A DNA stretch of 64,000 bases, from assembly GCA_023515725.1 (NCBI GenBank), contig JALDTO010000179.1, forward strand, positions 198,039 through 262,038. The letters run 5' to 3'. The translations under genes and the position numbers were made by a program. The DNA is from Amoeboaphelidium protococcarum X5. Its lineage: Eukaryota; Fungi; Aphelidiomycota. A model generated the notes under the pieces. The model was not told the DNA's origin and ran no database searches. It worked only from the letters and a program-made list of their open reading frames with translations. Positions within the stretch are counted from its first letter, which is position 1. Every line of letters starts with the position of its first letter. Positions 13,753 to 26,790 of this stretch are shown here, in pieces.

Positions 13753-14763
13753 TCATTGACCGATAGGCTATTGAGCACTGGTAAAATTGAATTGATTACA
13801 GTCCTTCTCATACTCGTACATATCAATGGCCACCACACAACTGTCTCTCACAACATCGACAGACTCGCCAGCCAGATTGGTCTTGTCTCTCAGCAACTCA
13901 TAGACATCCTGTGAATCACCCTCTTCCGCGATAGATCCTAGAGCTTCTGCTGCCTCATGTCTCACCATAGCCACCTCACCCAAGTCACTAAGACTTTTCT
14001 TCAAGGCGGGAACGGATGCAGGGTGTCGCATTTACCCGAAAACGTACGCGATTTCATGACGGAACAAGGCGTCTTCTTGCACAGACTCAGGACCACCGAC
14101 CGTTTCACACGAAGACTCCCGCGAGAGACCATCCGCGAGGGCGAGCACTGCCTCATCGTTGCCAATGTTTCTCAGCGTGAACATGGCGCGATATCTCTCA
14201 AACAGCGGTTGCGATCTATCCAATAGACGCGCCTTGAGCTGCTCCACTGAAAACTGATCAATCGGGTATGCCGGTGCAGGATCGATAGAGGTGAATGTGT
14301 TATTCTTACTCAAAATATCGTTATCATTGTTCGGACAATTGATTTTCTGCAGTGCCAACTCACATGTCTACGATACAACCACATCATCATCGCGTAAATA
14401 TTCTGACAAGAGATCAACAACATTCAGACCATCAAACTCATCGCATCCAATCGCACCTAATGCCTCAGCCGCCTCGTGTCTTACCATAGAATCTTGCCTC
14501 TAATCTTTTAATACACGCGCCAGTGTAGGAATAGCTGCCTTATTTGCCATCTAACCAAGACAGTACGCGACTTCGTGTTTTAGCAATGCTCCATCAACAC
14601 CGTCTTTTAATCTCTTTTCATCAAATACACCACAGATGGCCTCCACTGCATCAACATCAGTCTTGAGAGCCTTCAATGAAAATAGAGCTCTAAATCGAGT
14701 AGCCAAAGGCTGGTCCACATTTAATAATTATACTGATAAATCTTTGATTATAGAGCCTGTCAT
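13753..14763 (-). CDS. LIA1: Deoxyhypusine hydroxylase
   Basis: Four HE motifs: [24 protein letters not shown] (twice) and [13 protein letters not shown]. The conserved Gln codons are TAG/TAA. Confidence 0.95.
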
Positions 14764-14876
14764 TTTGATGTATTACAGTGTTGATGATAAGAAAAAATAA
14801 CAATCTTATTTTCATGCAAACGTCATTCCTCTCCTTTATGCTCGTTGACTTGAACTTTAAAGGTGAGATATTGATA

Positions 14877-15533
14877 ATGATGATGCGCCTCTAGATTTAT
14901 AAAAGATTATATTCTGCAAAGAATATGCCAAGAGTAAATAATAAGATCAATAAGATCAAAGTACCCAAGAGCGAAGAATTGCATGAGATGATGCGTGTTA
15001 ATTAGGCTGGTGAACTTGGCGCTATTAGAATATATTAGGGATAACTTGCTGCACTGAAGCTGCTCAATAATTATCCAAGTAATAAAATCCGTTCACTGGT
15101 GAAACATATGTATGAGCAGGAGATACATCATAGCGATACATTTAATAAGATTATATAGTAGAATAACATTCGGCCGACTGCAATGTGGCCTGTATGGAAT
15201 GTACTCGGCTATGGATTGGGGTTTTCGACAGCTCTGATGGGCAGACGCGCTGCGATGCTTTGTACAGAGTCTGTGGAAACTGTTATTGGGAAGCATTATA
15301 ACGATCAAATACGGGATCTTACGCGTATGATACAGGATGATAGTACTCCCAATGAAGATAAGTAGGCATTGGAGAGTATGAGATCTTTATTTACCACGTT
15401 CCGCGATGAAGAGATGGAGCATCTCGATCATGCTGTGGCTAATGAATCTTAACAGACTCCGTTCTATAACCTCTTTAGTGCTGTAATACAAACCGGATGT
15501 AAAGTTGCCATTGAGGTATCCAAGAGAATATGA
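14877..15533 (+). CDS. COQ7: Demethoxyubiquinone hydroxylase
   Basis: MRVNQAGELGAIRIYQGQ, ESVETVIGKHYNDQIR and FRDEEMEHLD di-iron motifs. Confidence 0.95.
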
Positions 15534-15597
15534 GATCGTTGTGCTATTTAAATTATTATTATACTTTAATACTCGCAATAAATCAACATTTTTTTGT

Positions 15598-16392
<795 letters not shown>

Positions 16393-16519
16393 TCAAAAAT
16401 TTACAAGGAGACTTAAAAATAGTTTGATCAAAAATATTCTAGAGGAGAGATAGAAAAGCTTCAAATAAGAAAACTATTGTTCAACTATAAATTAAGACTT
16501 AAACACATGATAGAGATGT

Positions 16520-17872
16520 TCATCCCCATACGGCCGGACTTAGAGGACTTTTAGCATGATCGAATAACTGAGGATCTGATATTTCAATCTACTGTAATGC
16601 CGGACTCTTTCTGGAAGCAATAGGAGACCAATACTCATCTTGAATTGGGCACACCTTGATATTGAACCAGCGAGTATCCAATATGATCATGGTATTGGCT
16701 GGTACAGACATCCAGTCCCGGCACTCATAGGTAAGTGGTTCTGATGAAATGATGCATACATTCTCCCGCCTCTGAGATTTTTGCATTTTATACACTCCCG
16801 GACTGCATTACTCAAACGCAGATCCAGTGGAGTAATACAGAGAGGCTGGCTCATTTTCGCGATGGTTGACATAGCGTGTTGCGATCACAGTCTCTCCATC
16901 TGTGAGGCCAAAGTTGAGCAGTGATGTACCAAATGAACTTAGATCGTCACCATGTACTTTACGGTGATAATCCAGGCAGTACTTGTTAATCCTGGCAATA
17001 GTTTTCACCATGGCATCAGCTAACTCTTCAGCACTGAACCCACCCTTCTTCAAGCGATCTTTATTGCCCTCTGGATCTCCATCAAAGAGAATCTACAGAT
17101 AAAGTGCGAATGCATACTCCGAGTCTGTATTACCTTTAACGCCAAGATACAATTCATCACACAAGTCATTGATGAGAACTTTTTTAAATTTCTAAAAGTT
17201 GTTAATGTAACCATTATGCATGAACATAATCGGCCCATAGTTCCAAGGATGACAATTGGATTCAGAGACTATAGGAGGAGGTTGAGCCATAATACCTTAC
17301 GAGTTAAAGTCTGAAGATGCAGCCCGCACGTGAGCAAACAGCAACTTGGTCCTGATCTTCTCGCTTAGTCTAATCAAATTAGTGTTGTTCCACGCAGGGA
17401 CGGTCGATGTGAAAATACAAGGAGCCTGCGGATGCGAGTAATGACCCAGCACTTTGGCTGAGTGAGTAGAATGTGGTTCCAACTCAGCTTATGACTATGA
17501 GAAACTACCATCTTGGTTTCTGCCACTTTCAAACACCCTCTTTTAATCCTCTCCCACACCATTACCATGAACTGTTGTTATAACAGTAATAGACTCTTGT
17601 GAGGCTTTACGACTTCGCAGCGACTTGGACCTCGTTCGCCTCAGCAGATAATCCAAATCAGCCTGACTTGCATGTTACTCATCACCAAGTTTGCGATGTT
17701 CCTCTTCCGACAGGTAGAAGGCAACTCCAAAGCCATCAGCGTTCAAAGGTCTCTGCAAATCCACTCTCAACCGACTATCATAGCTCTAATTAATGATACT
17801 ATGCGCAGGCCTTGTCAGCAAATCAGCCATCAAAATATCTGATCTTCCCGCAAATATCAGCAGTCTACACAT
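16520..17872 (-). CDS. DUG3: Class II glutamine amidotransferase, DUG3-like
   Basis: N-terminal nucleophile MCRLL, then RPAHSIINQS, NADGFGV, FAHVRA, NCHP and SSEPLT. Confidence 0.92.
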
Positions 17873-19004
17873 TCTGTCTAGTTAAATTAACGATTTATCT
17901 TACAACGGATTTCTTCGAACAACACTAAAGATTTGATGAAAGTGGCGATTCTTATCGATGGTGAAATACTGTAAAGCGCGAAGCTCGTTGCCACTAACAA
18001 GGTAAATTATTAGGCACCCACAAAATGAGCATATCTTTTCTGCTGACTCATAATCTATTCGCTGGTTGCTTTTGACTATATAATACACAGCCATCTCAAC
18101 ATTTATGTTGTTGAACGTTTTTTGTAACAATACCAGATGAATAACACTTTGTTACAAGTGTCGCGATTTGGGCGACTGAGAAAGTGCACCTTTTAAGATC
18201 AGATTCGCTTCTAGATCCTGTTAGCTGTAATTATGCTTATAGATTCAGCCTAAAATGCTTACTACAGTCGCGCAACTAGATAAAGAAAGTACAGACCAGT
18301 GGTGAAATTAACGCATTATTCAATGAATTTCCGGCGCATGATTGGTCACTTTATCAATGACACTTTGGGGAATCTTAACTCATACTTTTTATTGAAACGA
18401 CGTTATAATCTTATACAAATTTAAATTAACCACCCGGATTAAGTCTATTCGTTCAGGTTTCAATATTTATACTCGAGTCACGCCTCATTCGCTGCACACT
18501 CACAATAGCTGTCGGCAGCCAGCCAGAATCATCTCTTCTAAGCCTCCAGGCCTCGAAATTTTCGCGCCGACGCGGCCCTGCCAAGATTCTGATGATTGCA
18601 GTGTTTCTGTCTTGCAGGTAAAACAGGGAATAAACACGCAGACGATCAATACTTGCAGTCTTGTTGCTACGACCAGGAACATTTATCACTGGCTCACTTG
18701 GGACAGGGCGTCGGAATTGACCTAGATTGGAAATTACTTTTGTATCCAATTGACTATTTATTCTTAGTGCATTATAGTCGCCAAGAGGATTATCGCTCTA
18801 CAACACAAACCCAACAGCAGATGAGTTTAATCCGGAGTCAGACCTTTGGCACGAAGCAATTTTCGTCCAATATAAGACAGCCATTGTGTGTCTGTTAGTT
18901 TCTCATAAACTCCCATTATTCAACCACAAAATCCATAATGCCAGCAAAATATCCCATCGAAGTAACAGGATGATTGACAATCAGATCTACGCCAAGATAC
19001 TCCT

Positions 19005-19480
19005 GGTAAGTCTACTCCTTGTACTTAACTAAACCCTTTTTAGCAACTAATCTGGTTTTGTACTTGAATACCTCACCCTGACTTCCCTTTTTATCTTAAA
19101 GACCCACTTACACTTAACAATATTACGTTCATGATTCGGCGTTTATCTCCATAAATTTAAGAGTTTACCAGACTCGAATTACCATTAAATCTTACTGTCA
19201 TTTGAAAACACCAATAATGCAAATGCGGCTAACTTTGGCAACTGGTTAATTCTTTCACTGAACAGCAAATACTTAAATTAATTCTCTTTATACTTTTCAG
19301 AACTCTCTTGCCAGATCTAGATCTCTGCAACCCAGTTCTGACAATATGCTCAGCCTCCATGGTTTTCATTAATATTTTAATCCACATTATCAGAGTTATT
19401 GACATCATGTTGCTCTTATTCATCGATCTCCGGATCACTATGCATCACAACCGCTTGTACAACAACATCCACTGAATAGA
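19005..19480 (-). mobile_element. Degenerate Ty1/copia retrotransposon pol fragment
   Basis: NIVKCKWVFKIK...KYKTRLVAK.G...QGVD, the start of copia reverse transcriptase, is broken by frameshifts at about 19005-19135. No LTRs seen. Confidence 0.75.
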
Positions 19481-19643
19481 GACGTTTTATGACAAAGGGA
19501 TGTAAAGAGAGAAACACTCAACGCAAGGAAATCATTCACATTGATCAAAAATCTGTCGCTGGCGTTCTTTCCTTCTTCTGATCAACTCTTAATAACTATC
19601 AATCGCTTCGTGAAGAAGAAACAGCAGAAGGGAGAACGACGAA

Positions 19644-20012
19644 ATGACGAAAAGAACTGGATTAGAGATTATGAAGTTTGCCGTGTATGTGTTCTTACCC
19701 ATTGGAGTGATGGCTATATCGTCGTCGCAATTTTTCTAGAATGAGTACGTGAAGCCGTACACTCTGTTCCCATCTGCTCGCTCGTCCGTTGTCACTGTCG
19801 GTGCATCACAGAATGAAGACGGCTCACACAACCGTGCTCTGAATGAGGTTGATGATATGGAACTGATGTCTATGCCGTATCCAGTGGGTAATGAGACTAA
19901 AGAAGAGTGGATAGAAAGAATGGAACGCACCAAGCATCTGCGATAAAGAGCTCAAGAGATTTATCACCGAAAGAAGGCTGAGTAGCAGTCTAATAAAGTG
20001 ACTTCTGAATGA
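19644..20012 (+). CDS. PET100: PET100-like cytochrome c oxidase assembly factor
   Basis: N-terminal GLEIMKFAVYVFLPIGVM motif and a charged C-terminus. Confidence 0.7.
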
Positions 20013-20260
20013 ACGATTTCTAATGATAATATTCATGTAAACTTTAACTAGCTTATCAAGACTATTACTTTTGTTCTGATTAATTGCGTTTAAAGTCATT
20101 TATAATAATGTTTAGTTTCTCACATAGCTCCGAGCTGTCACCAATCTAACGCGTTAACCGTTTCACTTGCCAGTTTCCGTTTCACTCTTGTTATTAACGC
20201 TTGGTGTGTTGAGTTGACCTCAATTTTGAGATACTAACCAAGGGATATTATTACTTCATT

Positions 20261-20794
20261 ATGAAACAGAATTTGTAGTAATTAGAACGGCAGATACTCG
20301 AGTTATCTACGGCTGAAGACCTGATTCAATATCTATCGATTCAGCTTCCTGAGGTCTTAAACTCTACCAATTTGACTTAAGACATTAAATGGAAACTAAT
20401 TTAGAAAGTGTCTGATAGAATCGTGGATATCAACAATAACTGTCAAAAAGAAAATTCAATGATGGAGTTGGATTAGTAAAAAGTTCCAATATCTGAAGAG
20501 TGTAAAGTGAAAGTAACAACTTAAACTAAATTGGCCATCAGTGCGAGTGAAACGTAGACTTAGGCCGGTTCAACTAAAGCATTCACTCCAGTGAAATTGA
20601 ACAAGAACAAGTAGGCGGAATTGGGCAGTGAGTATGCAATCAGTCCTGTCAGAAGGTCAATTAGACAGTTGGATAAGCTGACAATGATTGATGATCCCTG
20701 CAACAATGTCTAATTGGTTTCAAGTGTGAAGGACTTGCTCAAGGAGTACAATTTCACATTCTCAGAAAACAAGGCCCTTAATTTTGAACAGTGA
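20261..20794 (+). CDS. Hypothetical protein with a CKAP2-like C-terminal motif
   Basis: SPVRRSIR...VSSVKDLL...FTFSENKAL resembles the CKAP2 C-terminal signature (from recall). Confidence 0.5.
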
Positions 20795-21030
20795 TTAAAT
20801 GTTACTTTCTGACCATGTGAATGATTATATTAAGCCAGCTTTATTTTCTACTCATAATTTTATCTTATCTTATACCTCCCTGAAGTTGTCTTCTCATAAA
20901 CGCATGAATTGTTTCATAGCCGCTGTTCCGTTTGATCAATTCATCACCGACACGGAACGTCTTAACTCGCGGAAAATCACATCAGCCACTCAACTTCTTT
21001 TCAGTTCAACGCCTGAACGCGCCTGTTATT

Positions 21031-22176
21031 ATGGACTCTGTGCATTTATAGTAGTAAGAGCAAAACTTGCTACTGGTTAAGCTTATTAAAGAATTGCGCC
21101 ATGAAGCGAATAAGAAGAATGACCAGCTGCTGATTAAGAATTATCAATTGGCTGCTTAGTTGAATCGTTTGGAGCGGTAGCATGAATGTCAACTGGCTCT
21201 AATGGATTCTGAAGTGTAATAACTAATGGCTTCTCTGGAGCTACTTAAAGTGGATGGCACTGAGGATAAGTAATCGCTCATTAAGAACTTGGTAATGGAA
21301 CTGAATCAGTACTCAACTCATGCGTAGTAATCTACTGTTAGTGGGAACCATATCGATGGATCGACTCAAACCAAGACTGAACTGGTGAATTTTGACAAGA
21401 TTACTCTGGCGATGGAGGCGAGCATAGTGAAGGAGCAGGCAATTAACAAGAATCTGCTTCAGTCTATATCTGCATTGTAAAAAGAACATCGTGAACGGGA
21501 TCATTTGCAGTAGAAGTAAATTAGCTCATTGCAAGAGAGTATTACATCGCTGTAGAATCAATTGCAAGACTCTGAGTAAAGTAACGCCAGACTCAGAGCT
21601 TATGTAAAGTAGATGTAAGCACAGCAGGATGCATCTTTGGCCATAAATCCTGCGAATGGAGATTATGACAGACTTCGCGGCTTGTAGTAATAGCTCGACA
21701 GTCAGATTGAGATTAATGAAAAGTTCAAGAAGATTCTCAAGTTCAACTCGTCGTGTCATGGAGATGGTGACAAAGAGTACAGGAAGCTTTTGGATCTTTA
21801 TAATGAGTCTCTGAACCAGATTGAATAGTTGAAGCGTCAGAAGGGGCTGTATCTGGTTAATAGCGTGCCATATTCTGGCAATAATGAAGTCGGTAGTGAC
21901 GGTGAGGATGATCATGATGATGTTGGCCCAGTGTCAGTCAGACATTAGGAGTATGTTAGACATCTGGCAGAGGAGCGAGATGCCTGGAAAGAGAATATAA
22001 GGCTACTAGAACAGGAGGTACTTCGTCTATCCTCTTTGCGCCAGGATATTGAGTATTGCGATCAGGCAACGTCAACCGCGGATCTCTAATAAGACATCAA
22101 TTATGACATTTGTCCGCATTGTGATAAGAAGGAGGAAATTTTAACCGTGTAAATATAATCAACATCATTCTATTGA
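21031..22176 (+). CDS. Coiled-coil protein, golgin/GM130-like
   Basis: Long Q/E/L-rich coiled coil. C-terminal CPHC...ILTV resembles the CxxC..LITV tail of GM130-type golgins. Confidence 0.5.
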
Positions 22177-22238
22177 TTTAGTCTATTATCAACTCAACTC
22201 ATATGTATATAAATACTTCTGTTACTCAGATAAGGCGA

Positions 22239-22913
22239 TCAGAACATGAGCATCAAAACACCGGCTGCAATAGCGGACCATCCGCCCAAAGCAATGATAG
22301 AGGCATCATTAGTGCTGGTGGAAGCCTCAGTGGTAGCAGGATCAGAGGTGGATACAGATTTCTCACCGTTAGCAGCAACACCACAAACTCTACCACCATC
22401 CTTCAGAGTTATACAACCATTGTAGGATCCAGAGCCAGAGATTTGACCATCAGCGTACTTGCCGCTACCTTGAGCAGAACCCTCGACAGAGTTTCCATCA
22501 AATGTACCGCGACCGGTGATTGAACCTTGAGTTTCGACAGTTTGAGCATCCTTATCATAAGTAGCACCACCGTGAGCAGCACCTTCAACACCGGCACCAT
22601 GAGGACCAGTGACGCGACCGGAGACGGATCCGATGGCACTCTCATCCTACTTACCAGTACCGGTGATGGCACCAGCAGCATCAACGTGGCCAACAGGAGT
22701 CATGAAATCCAACTCAGCTTAACCATTGGCAGCGACATAATTAATCTCTGATACTGGAGGATTGTAGACACCGTTACCGACGATAGCACCAGTAGCGTTG
22801 GCCTGAACCATCTGATCACCAATTGATGCAGATCCAACATTGTTCAAAACAACAGCAGACGCGTTCAGAGCAGCGATAGTAGCCAGGACAGACAAGACGA
22901 TTTTAGTTTGCAT
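22239..22913 (-). CDS. Gly-rich secreted, probably GPI-anchored surface protein (224 aa)
   Basis: Signal peptide, Gly/Ser-rich body, S/T stalk and hydrophobic C-terminus (IIALGGWSAIAAGVLMLMF). Confidence 0.75.
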
Positions 22914-23379
22914 TTTAGTAGATTAGATATTTCTTTTACTTTTACTTTAAGGTATTCGATTTTGGTTAGAAAGAGAAAGATGGATAGCCATTAACGCCTT
23001 TTATAGTGCAAGCAGTCCTATTCATAGTATCACCAAGAGCTTGAATAGGAAACTTGGCACTTGAAACAGTTTCCATTTAGACATCTTGACCTACTAAATT
23101 AGAAAGCCTATTTTTAGTAACACAAAGTGCTCATTTTGGAGAATATACTTACTAGAAAAATAATGATAGTGGGTACTTATAGGATGTTAATGATAGTGAA
23201 TTTGCGTATTTCACCTTCCTCAATAGAGCAGCGATGTTAAATCGTATGGGGGAGACAATGGCCGGCCGGTCGAGCAAGAAACTGCGAAGCGGCGCAGCAA
23301 AGTTTAAACTCTCCAACCATTCATCATCATTAATACCGAAAACTTTTTAATTGATTGTAAAGGACAAGAAATAAGGGAG

Positions 23380-25704
23380 ATGCAAGACAAGATTATTGTG
23401 GAGAATTTGTAGGTGCGTAATATTATTGGCGTTGACACGTGGGAGAGAAGTAAGAGGCAGCCGATTCTGTTGACAATCACCGTGTACACAGATGTAAAAG
23501 AAGCTGGCGCTCATGATCTGCTCAGCGATACCGTCAACTACGGGACACTGTCCAAGACTGTAATGGAGTTTAGCGAAGCGTCCACGTACAAATCCATAGA
23601 ATCGCTTGCAGCTGGCATTTGTGTAAAGTGTTTCGACTCCTTCCCATCTGTAGGCAAGTTGACTGTTCGCGTTGAGAAGCCAAAGACTCTTTTACACGCC
23701 AAATCTGCTGGTGTTGTTATAACGCGTCTGAGGAGCGATGAAAGTTGGCTGAAAGGCTTGACTGAAGCACCGGCAACATATTTGGATCATATGAAGTCTG
23801 ATTATGTGTTTGTGAATTCAATCGAGATTTCAGCTCTGGTTGGTGTTAATCCTTGGGAGCGTGAACAGTAGTAGCGTGTTGCATGCTCGCTGAGGTTCCG
23901 ACCTCTACTGGGTCATGTTAACAAGGCGCACAACTTCAGGACGATTAGTCGCGTCGTGCAGCACTGTATTGAATAGTCCTCTTTCAAGACGGTGGAGGCA
24001 CTGGCTACTGCTGTGGCAAAGCTTTGTATTTTATAGTGCGGCGTAGATGATATATTCGTTCGCATTGAAAAGCCTTCAGCTATACTGTTTGCTGATGCTG
24101 CTGTTATTGAAATACAGCGTTAGAGATCTGATTTTACTCCTCAATTGAGTCGTGATGTTAATGGTAACACTTTGAGTACGGTGTTCATAGCCTTGGGATC
24201 TAACATTGGAGACAGAGCTGGTAATGTCCATAGAGCTCTATCTCTCTTGACGGCAAACAGCGATGTAAAATTAGTAACCACATCTTTCATGTACGAAAGC
24301 GCGCCGTAGTATGTCGTGGATTAGGCTGCCTTTATTAATGCAGTGTGTAAAGTTGAGACCAGTCTGGATCCTGAGGCATTGCTTGGCTTTCTAAAGCATA
24401 TTGAGTCTGAGGTAGGGAGAACCGAAACATTTAGATACGGGCCCAGAGTGATAGATATGGACATTATTCTTTATGACTAGCTAGTGTTAGATACACCCCA
24501 GCTGTAGATTCCTCATCCGAGATTTCATGAGCGAGAATTTGTACTCAGACCTTTGTGTGATATCAACCCCGATCTGACACACCCAAAATTATTTAAGTCT
24601 GTCAATCAGCTGCTTAACTCTGTATTAAAGAAGTCCCCAAGTTCTCTTGTCCATGTCACTCCCGTTGGAAATGGAAGATTATTGAAATTTGGTTAGAAGA
24701 CTTTGATGATGGGAATTCTGAATGTAACGCCAGACTCTTTTTCAGATGGCGGACTCTACTATGATACTGATGCTGATAAGAGCGGATAGTATTCTCTCTC
24801 AAAGCTATTATCTATATTGTCGACGGATACTTTGGATGTTGAAAAGATTTTAGCGGCTCCGTAACTGTAGGTGGAGTCATTAAGTGGCAAGTTTCGAGAC
24901 CATTTGATGGAAGCCGTGCAGACAATGATTGACAATGACTGTGATATAGTTGATGTTGGTGGTTATTCTACACGTCCCGGTGCTGATGAAGTTTCTATAC
25001 AAGAAGAGTTACGGCGTGTTATTCCCGTTATTTAGTTGATCAAATAAGAGTTTGGCGGCAAGATTCTGATTTCATTAGATACATTCAAGTCGATTGTCGC
25101 ATAATGTGCCGTGAAATGCGGTGCTGATATTGTGAATGATGTTACTGGTGGCAATGGGGATAAGTATATGCTGAGTGCTGTATCAAAGCTCCAAGTTCCG
25201 TATGTGTTGATGCACTCAAGAGGCACCCCTAAAACTATGATGCAGCTGACTGATTACTCACAATACAAAAGTAGTGAAAGTGATCTACCAGCTGTCGTCC
25301 GTGGTGTCGCAGTTGAATTGCTTCAGAGCGTCAATGCTGCAACAAATAGCGGAATTTACCGTTGGAATATTATCATAGATCCTGGTGTTGGATTTGCTAA
25401 AGATGCCGCGTAAAATATGGAGTTGATGAAGCATCTGAAAAGTCTGCGTACATACCTATCGTCTGATCAGCATTCGGTTGATGCTGCTATTCAAAGCTTG
25501 ATCAAGTTTCCCATGCTCGTCGGATCATCTAGGAAAAGATTTATCAGTGCCATCACAGGTAAAGAGGGAGCATAAGAGCGTGTATGGGGCACATCAGCTA
25601 CTTGTACAGTAGCCATCATGAATGGAGCAGACATTCTTCGCGTTCACGATGTCAAGGAGATGCGCGATGTGATCAAAGTCAGCGACTCCCTTTATCGTTA
25701 ATGA
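23380..25704 (+). CDS. FOL1: Trifunctional folate synthesis protein (DHNA-DHNA-HPPK-DHPS)
   Basis: Two FolB repeats. HPPK motifs IALGSNIGD and GPRVIDMDI. DHPS motifs MGILNVTPDSFSDGG, IDPGVGFAK, SRKRF and LRVHDV. Confidence 0.97.
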
Positions 25705-26790
25705 GAAGCACTGAGTGGCAGTAATTTAAGAATAGAGCAACAATAAGTAAGGGAAATCTATGCATAAATTCATACATAGTGACTGCATACTTTAGAAATA
25801 AAAAGTTTATCATCAATCATCACGCTTACTGCCACTCTCCCTCTTCTCCCTTGCCTCTCTCTCCATTTAAATAAACTTGTCGTAATATTCAGCGGCCACT
25901 TTTCGCACATCTGGCACCTACAAGAGAACATTACTTTTGGAATACTTAGATTCAATTAATGAATTCACTTATATATAGAGTTATCTTACCTAATAATTTT
26001 AAGCTATATACACGCCACTAATTCCACCAACGATAAATCCCCAGAAGAATCGACCCATTATGTGTGTTCTTTAATTCCCAATGAATATTAATCTTGAAAA
26101 GAAACGCGTTACTTTAAAGGGGTGGAATGAGTGGAGGCTCAACAAAGAATTTTAAATTGTAACAAATGATCAGGTTGAAATACGAGAGAGAGAGATTCAG
26201 AGTTGAACACACAGCGGAATCGAAGTCAATTTAACGCGCCCAATCAATTGCTGCAACATTTCTTACTCGCTATAGTTATACGCGACTTGGCGTTGTTTGA
26301 AGCTATTTGATCAACAAAAATAACAGAAAGTCAAATGTAAAATAGCTTTAGCAAATATAATATAAGTCTAATAGTAATTGAATTATTTACATTAGCGGGA
26401 TGCAGGATAATGTAATCAAATATATAAATTCCCGAATGGTCATATGACCGTATGCCAATTGTGTAGGCTCGATTGGATCACAAGATACGCGCCGCTCACT
26501 TGAATTCGGGCCAGCCAATCACAAATCGCCTCAAGTTGAATTTCTAAAGGGCGCTTCCGTGCGATTCTAACGCATTCACATTCATTTACATTCTCTCTCA
26601 CACGCAGTAATATTTACATCCAATTGTCGGATCAATTTGATCACACGTACAAACAACAACATCAACACAACAATCTGCAACGTGTGCTCTCCTCATCCCT
26701 TATCTCTCTATTATTGCACTCAATTATTTGCATTATTTGACACAACACAAGAAATCACTGGTATCAAGTATTATCATCATTAATATCAAT

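Noticed and set aside
18453-18884. 143-codon minus-strand ORF next to the copia relic
   Set aside because: No recognisable motif, and ORFs of this length arise easily when TGA is the only stop.
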